DNA of 32,000 nt. Origin: Vibrio alginolyticus NBRC 15630 = ATCC 17749 (GTDB taxonomy: Bacteria > Pseudomonadota > Gammaproteobacteria > Enterobacterales > Vibrionaceae). How positions within the stretch are numbered: position 1 is the first letter of the stretch; each line of letters starts with the position of its first letter. A program made the position numbers and the translations under genes. Below are positions 30,711 through 32,000 of the stretch, piece by piece. The stretch covers positions 1,830,001 through 1,862,000 of the forward strand of contig NC_022349.1 in NCBI RefSeq assembly GCF_000354175.2, in the 5' to 3' direction. The notes under the pieces were generated by a model, which was not told where the DNA came from, did not search any database, and saw only the letters and a list, made by a program, of their open reading frames with translations.

Positions 30711-30740
30711 GCGCGAGGCATACCCCTCGCGCTTTTTTGT
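30711..30740 (+). terminator. intrinsic terminator after the deacetylase gene
   Basis: GCGCGAGG (30711-30718), loop CATACC, CCTCGCGC (30725-30732), followed by TTTTTTGTTTT. Confidence 0.85.
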
Positions 30741-30751
30741 TTTGAAGATCC

Positions 30752-30784
30752 AGATACAACAAAGCCCCGACTTTCATCGAGGCT
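30752..30784 (-). terminator. probable terminator downstream of the tRNA-Leu region
   Basis: The - strand reads AGCCUCGA UGAAAG UCGGGGCU, with 7 of 8 pairs, followed by UUGUUGU. Confidence 0.45.
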
Positions 30785-30797
30785 CTGTCTTAAAATA

Positions 30798-30885
30798 TGG
30801 TACCGGTGGACGGAGTTGATTGGACTGGCATTCCTGCCGTCACCGCGAAGGCAACGCTAACTTCCTTTTGATATTTACGAGCACC
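30798..30885 (-). pseudogene. degenerate tRNA-Leu-like relic
   Basis: The + strand ATATGGTACCGGTGGACGGAGTTGA matches the 3' end and flank of the adjacent tRNA-Leu (ATATGGTACCGGTGGGCGGACTTGA) at 23 of 25 positions. A variable-arm-like CGCGAAGGCAACG (vs CCCGAAGGCAACG) is also retained. The T-loop is expanded to about 23 nt and no 5' acceptor strand is recognisable, so it cannot fold as a tRNA. Confidence 0.4.
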
Positions 30886-30921
30886 TAAAACGACGAAAGG
30901 CCGCTATAAAAGCGACCTTTC
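30886..30921 (-). terminator. hairpin immediately 3' of tRNA-Leu (terminator-like)
   Basis: The - strand reads GAAAGGUCGC UUUUAUA GCGGCCUUUC, a 10-bp stem with one G-U pair, then GUCG UUUU. Confidence 0.5.
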
Positions 30922-30926
30922 TGATA

Positions 30927-31011
30927 TGGTACCGGTGGGCGGACTTGAACCGCCACGCCCGAAGGCAACGGATTTTGAATCCGTCGTGTATACCAATTTC
31001 ACCACACCGGC
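30927..31011 (-). tRNA. leuX: tRNA-Leu (CAA), type II with long variable arm
   Basis: Reverse complement GCCGGTGTGGTGAAATTGGTATACACGACGGATTCAAAATCCGTTGCCTTCGGGCGTGGCGGTTCAAGTCCGCCCACCGGTACCA, 85 nt. It has anticodon loop TTCAAAA and T-arm GGCGG TTCAAGT CCGCC. Confidence 0.9.
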
Positions 31012-31201
31012 ATCTTTGGGCTATTGCCCTTTGATGGTTGGCATTATACGTAAGCTTTTGACCTGCGCAAGCAGAAATACCTTAAATAACTATCGTTTGC
31101 TGATAATTTCGCCACAAAGTGTGACAAAGCTGTACTCATAAGAAACGTACGCTCCATTTTCTACTACTCTTCCAGATGAAAGTGAGTATACGAAACTCTT
31201 T

Positions 31202-31867
31202 TTAAATTCTATTCACTGTAATATCAGAAACATAACCATTCCCAATGCTCGACAACGCATTATGGAGCATCTCTGCGGCATCTTCTGCTTGCATGAAGTA
31301 ACTCGTGTCCATCGTATTGCCGCTTGTTTTCCAGAATTCCGTATCCATTCCACCAGGATAAACCGCGATAATTTTCATAGGTTTTCCTTTTAGCTCCAAA
31401 CGAACCGACTCAATTAATCCTTTGACGGCCCATTTCACTGCACAATACGTAGACTCTTGCGCTTTAGGTTGTTGCGCGGCTGTGGACATGATCATGACCA
31501 CTTTTATTGGATGATCTTTGTAACGCTTTACTAACTCTCTTAACACATGAATCGCAGAATTCAGGTTGTTATCAATCAACTTTTGAATCTCTTCCGGCTC
31601 CTGCTCTTCCAGTAAGCCAAAATAACCACTTCCTGCACTATGAATGACCATTTCAGGCGGCTGTTTCATCCCATCAAAGAGCTGTTTCACACCTTGATGT
31701 AATGAGAGGTTGCAAGCTTGATAGCCGACGTTATGAGAGAGTTGTTTTGCTAGTGCGGATAGTTTTTCTGTATTTCTTCCTATTACATACGTCTCTTTGC
31801 CTTCCGCATCATAACGCTTTGCTAGTTCCGCCCCTAAGCCGCTACTTGCACCTGTAATTACAATCAT
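31202..31867 (-). CDS. short-chain dehydrogenase/reductase (classical SDR)
   Basis: 221 aa. It has the TGxxxGxG cofactor motif (MIVITGASSGLGAELAK) and the catalytic YxxxK (YCAVKWAVKG). Confidence 0.85.
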   Translation of the reverse strand: MIVITGASSGLGAELAKRYDAEGKETYVIGRNTEKLSALAKQLSHNVGYQACNLSLHQGVKQLFDGMKQPPEMVIHSAGSGYFGLLEEQEPEEIQKLIDNNLNSAIHVLRELVKRYKDHPIKVVMIMSTAAQQPKAQESTYCAVKWAVKGLIESVRLELKGKPMKIIAVYPGGMDTEFWKTSGNTMDTSYFMQAEDAAEMLHNALSSIGNGYVSDITVNRI

Positions 31868-32000
31868 GCGCTACCTCTTTTCAATCACATACTTTTAATT
31901 CATCTATCAATTAAGGTAACAGAATCGTGGTAATTCACACCTCAAGAGCACCATTCTTTGAAGCAAGCAGCTTTCTTACTTTCGTGATGCATGAAATATC

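Noticed and set aside
31868-32000. A possible 3' end of another - strand gene at the right window edge. Reading the - strand in from the edge, one frame gives ...DISCITKVRKLLASKNGALEV before a stop at about 31935.
   Set aside because: Only about 22 codons are visible, a second frame is open for a similar length, and no motif is recognisable. There is not enough evidence to call a feature.

Overview
This window reads as conserved gamma-proteobacterial core chromosome. The 16S sequence and gene content point to Vibrio, probably a Harveyi-clade-like species; that is judged by eye, with no database search.

Layout, left to right:
- 1-10.5 kb: the conserved ygg neighbourhood. It holds yggS (5' end cut by the window edge), proC, yggT, yggU, a DUF4426-like secreted protein, rdgB and hemW on the + strand. 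Next come glsA, an uncharacterised SAM methyltransferase and trmB on the - strand, then mutY, yggX and mltC on the + strand.
- 10.6-14.1 kb: two paralogous tRNA operons flank a Cache-type methyl-accepting chemotaxis gene. Together they carry 12 tRNA genes, exactly four each of Phe-GAA, Thr-UGU and Asn-GUU.
- 14.3-15.7 kb: a lone gabD-like aldehyde dehydrogenase on the - strand.
- 16.2-22.35 kb: a complete rRNA operon on the - strand. Its order is P1, P2, boxA, 16S, tRNA-Ile, tRNA-Ala, boxA, 23S, 5S, tRNA-Thr(GGU), a second 5S, tRNA-Asp, terminator.
- 22.5-30.7 kb: an HD-GYP phosphodiesterase, then a LacI-family regulator with a chitobiose-type PTS operon (chbB, chbC, chbA, chbF, chbG). A secreted chitin oligosaccharide deacetylase (CE4 plus two CBM12 domains) is transcribed divergently from that operon.
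- 30.8-31.9 kb: tRNA-Leu(CAA) with a degenerate tRNA-Leu-like relic beside it, then a short-chain dehydrogenase.

I found no mobile element, CRISPR array, defence locus or other convincing undescribed multi-gene system. Every long ORF belongs to a recognisable family.

The observations worth a second look are modest and mostly non-coding:
- the tRNA-flanked chemoreceptor gene and the exact 351-bp tandem tRNA duplication
- two tRNA-Phe alleles that differ by compensatory acceptor-stem changes
- the duplicated 5S gene with a terminator-like hairpin inside the rRNA operon
- a perfect 12-bp palindrome that is a candidate operator for the chb/deacetylase divergon
- several intercistronic inverted repeats in the chb operon
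- an uncharacterised methyltransferase placed directly behind trmB
- a repeated GGTGCAA motif between trmB and mutY
- the tRNA-Leu relic

All coordinates were counted by hand and may be off by 1-2 nt at RNA ends.
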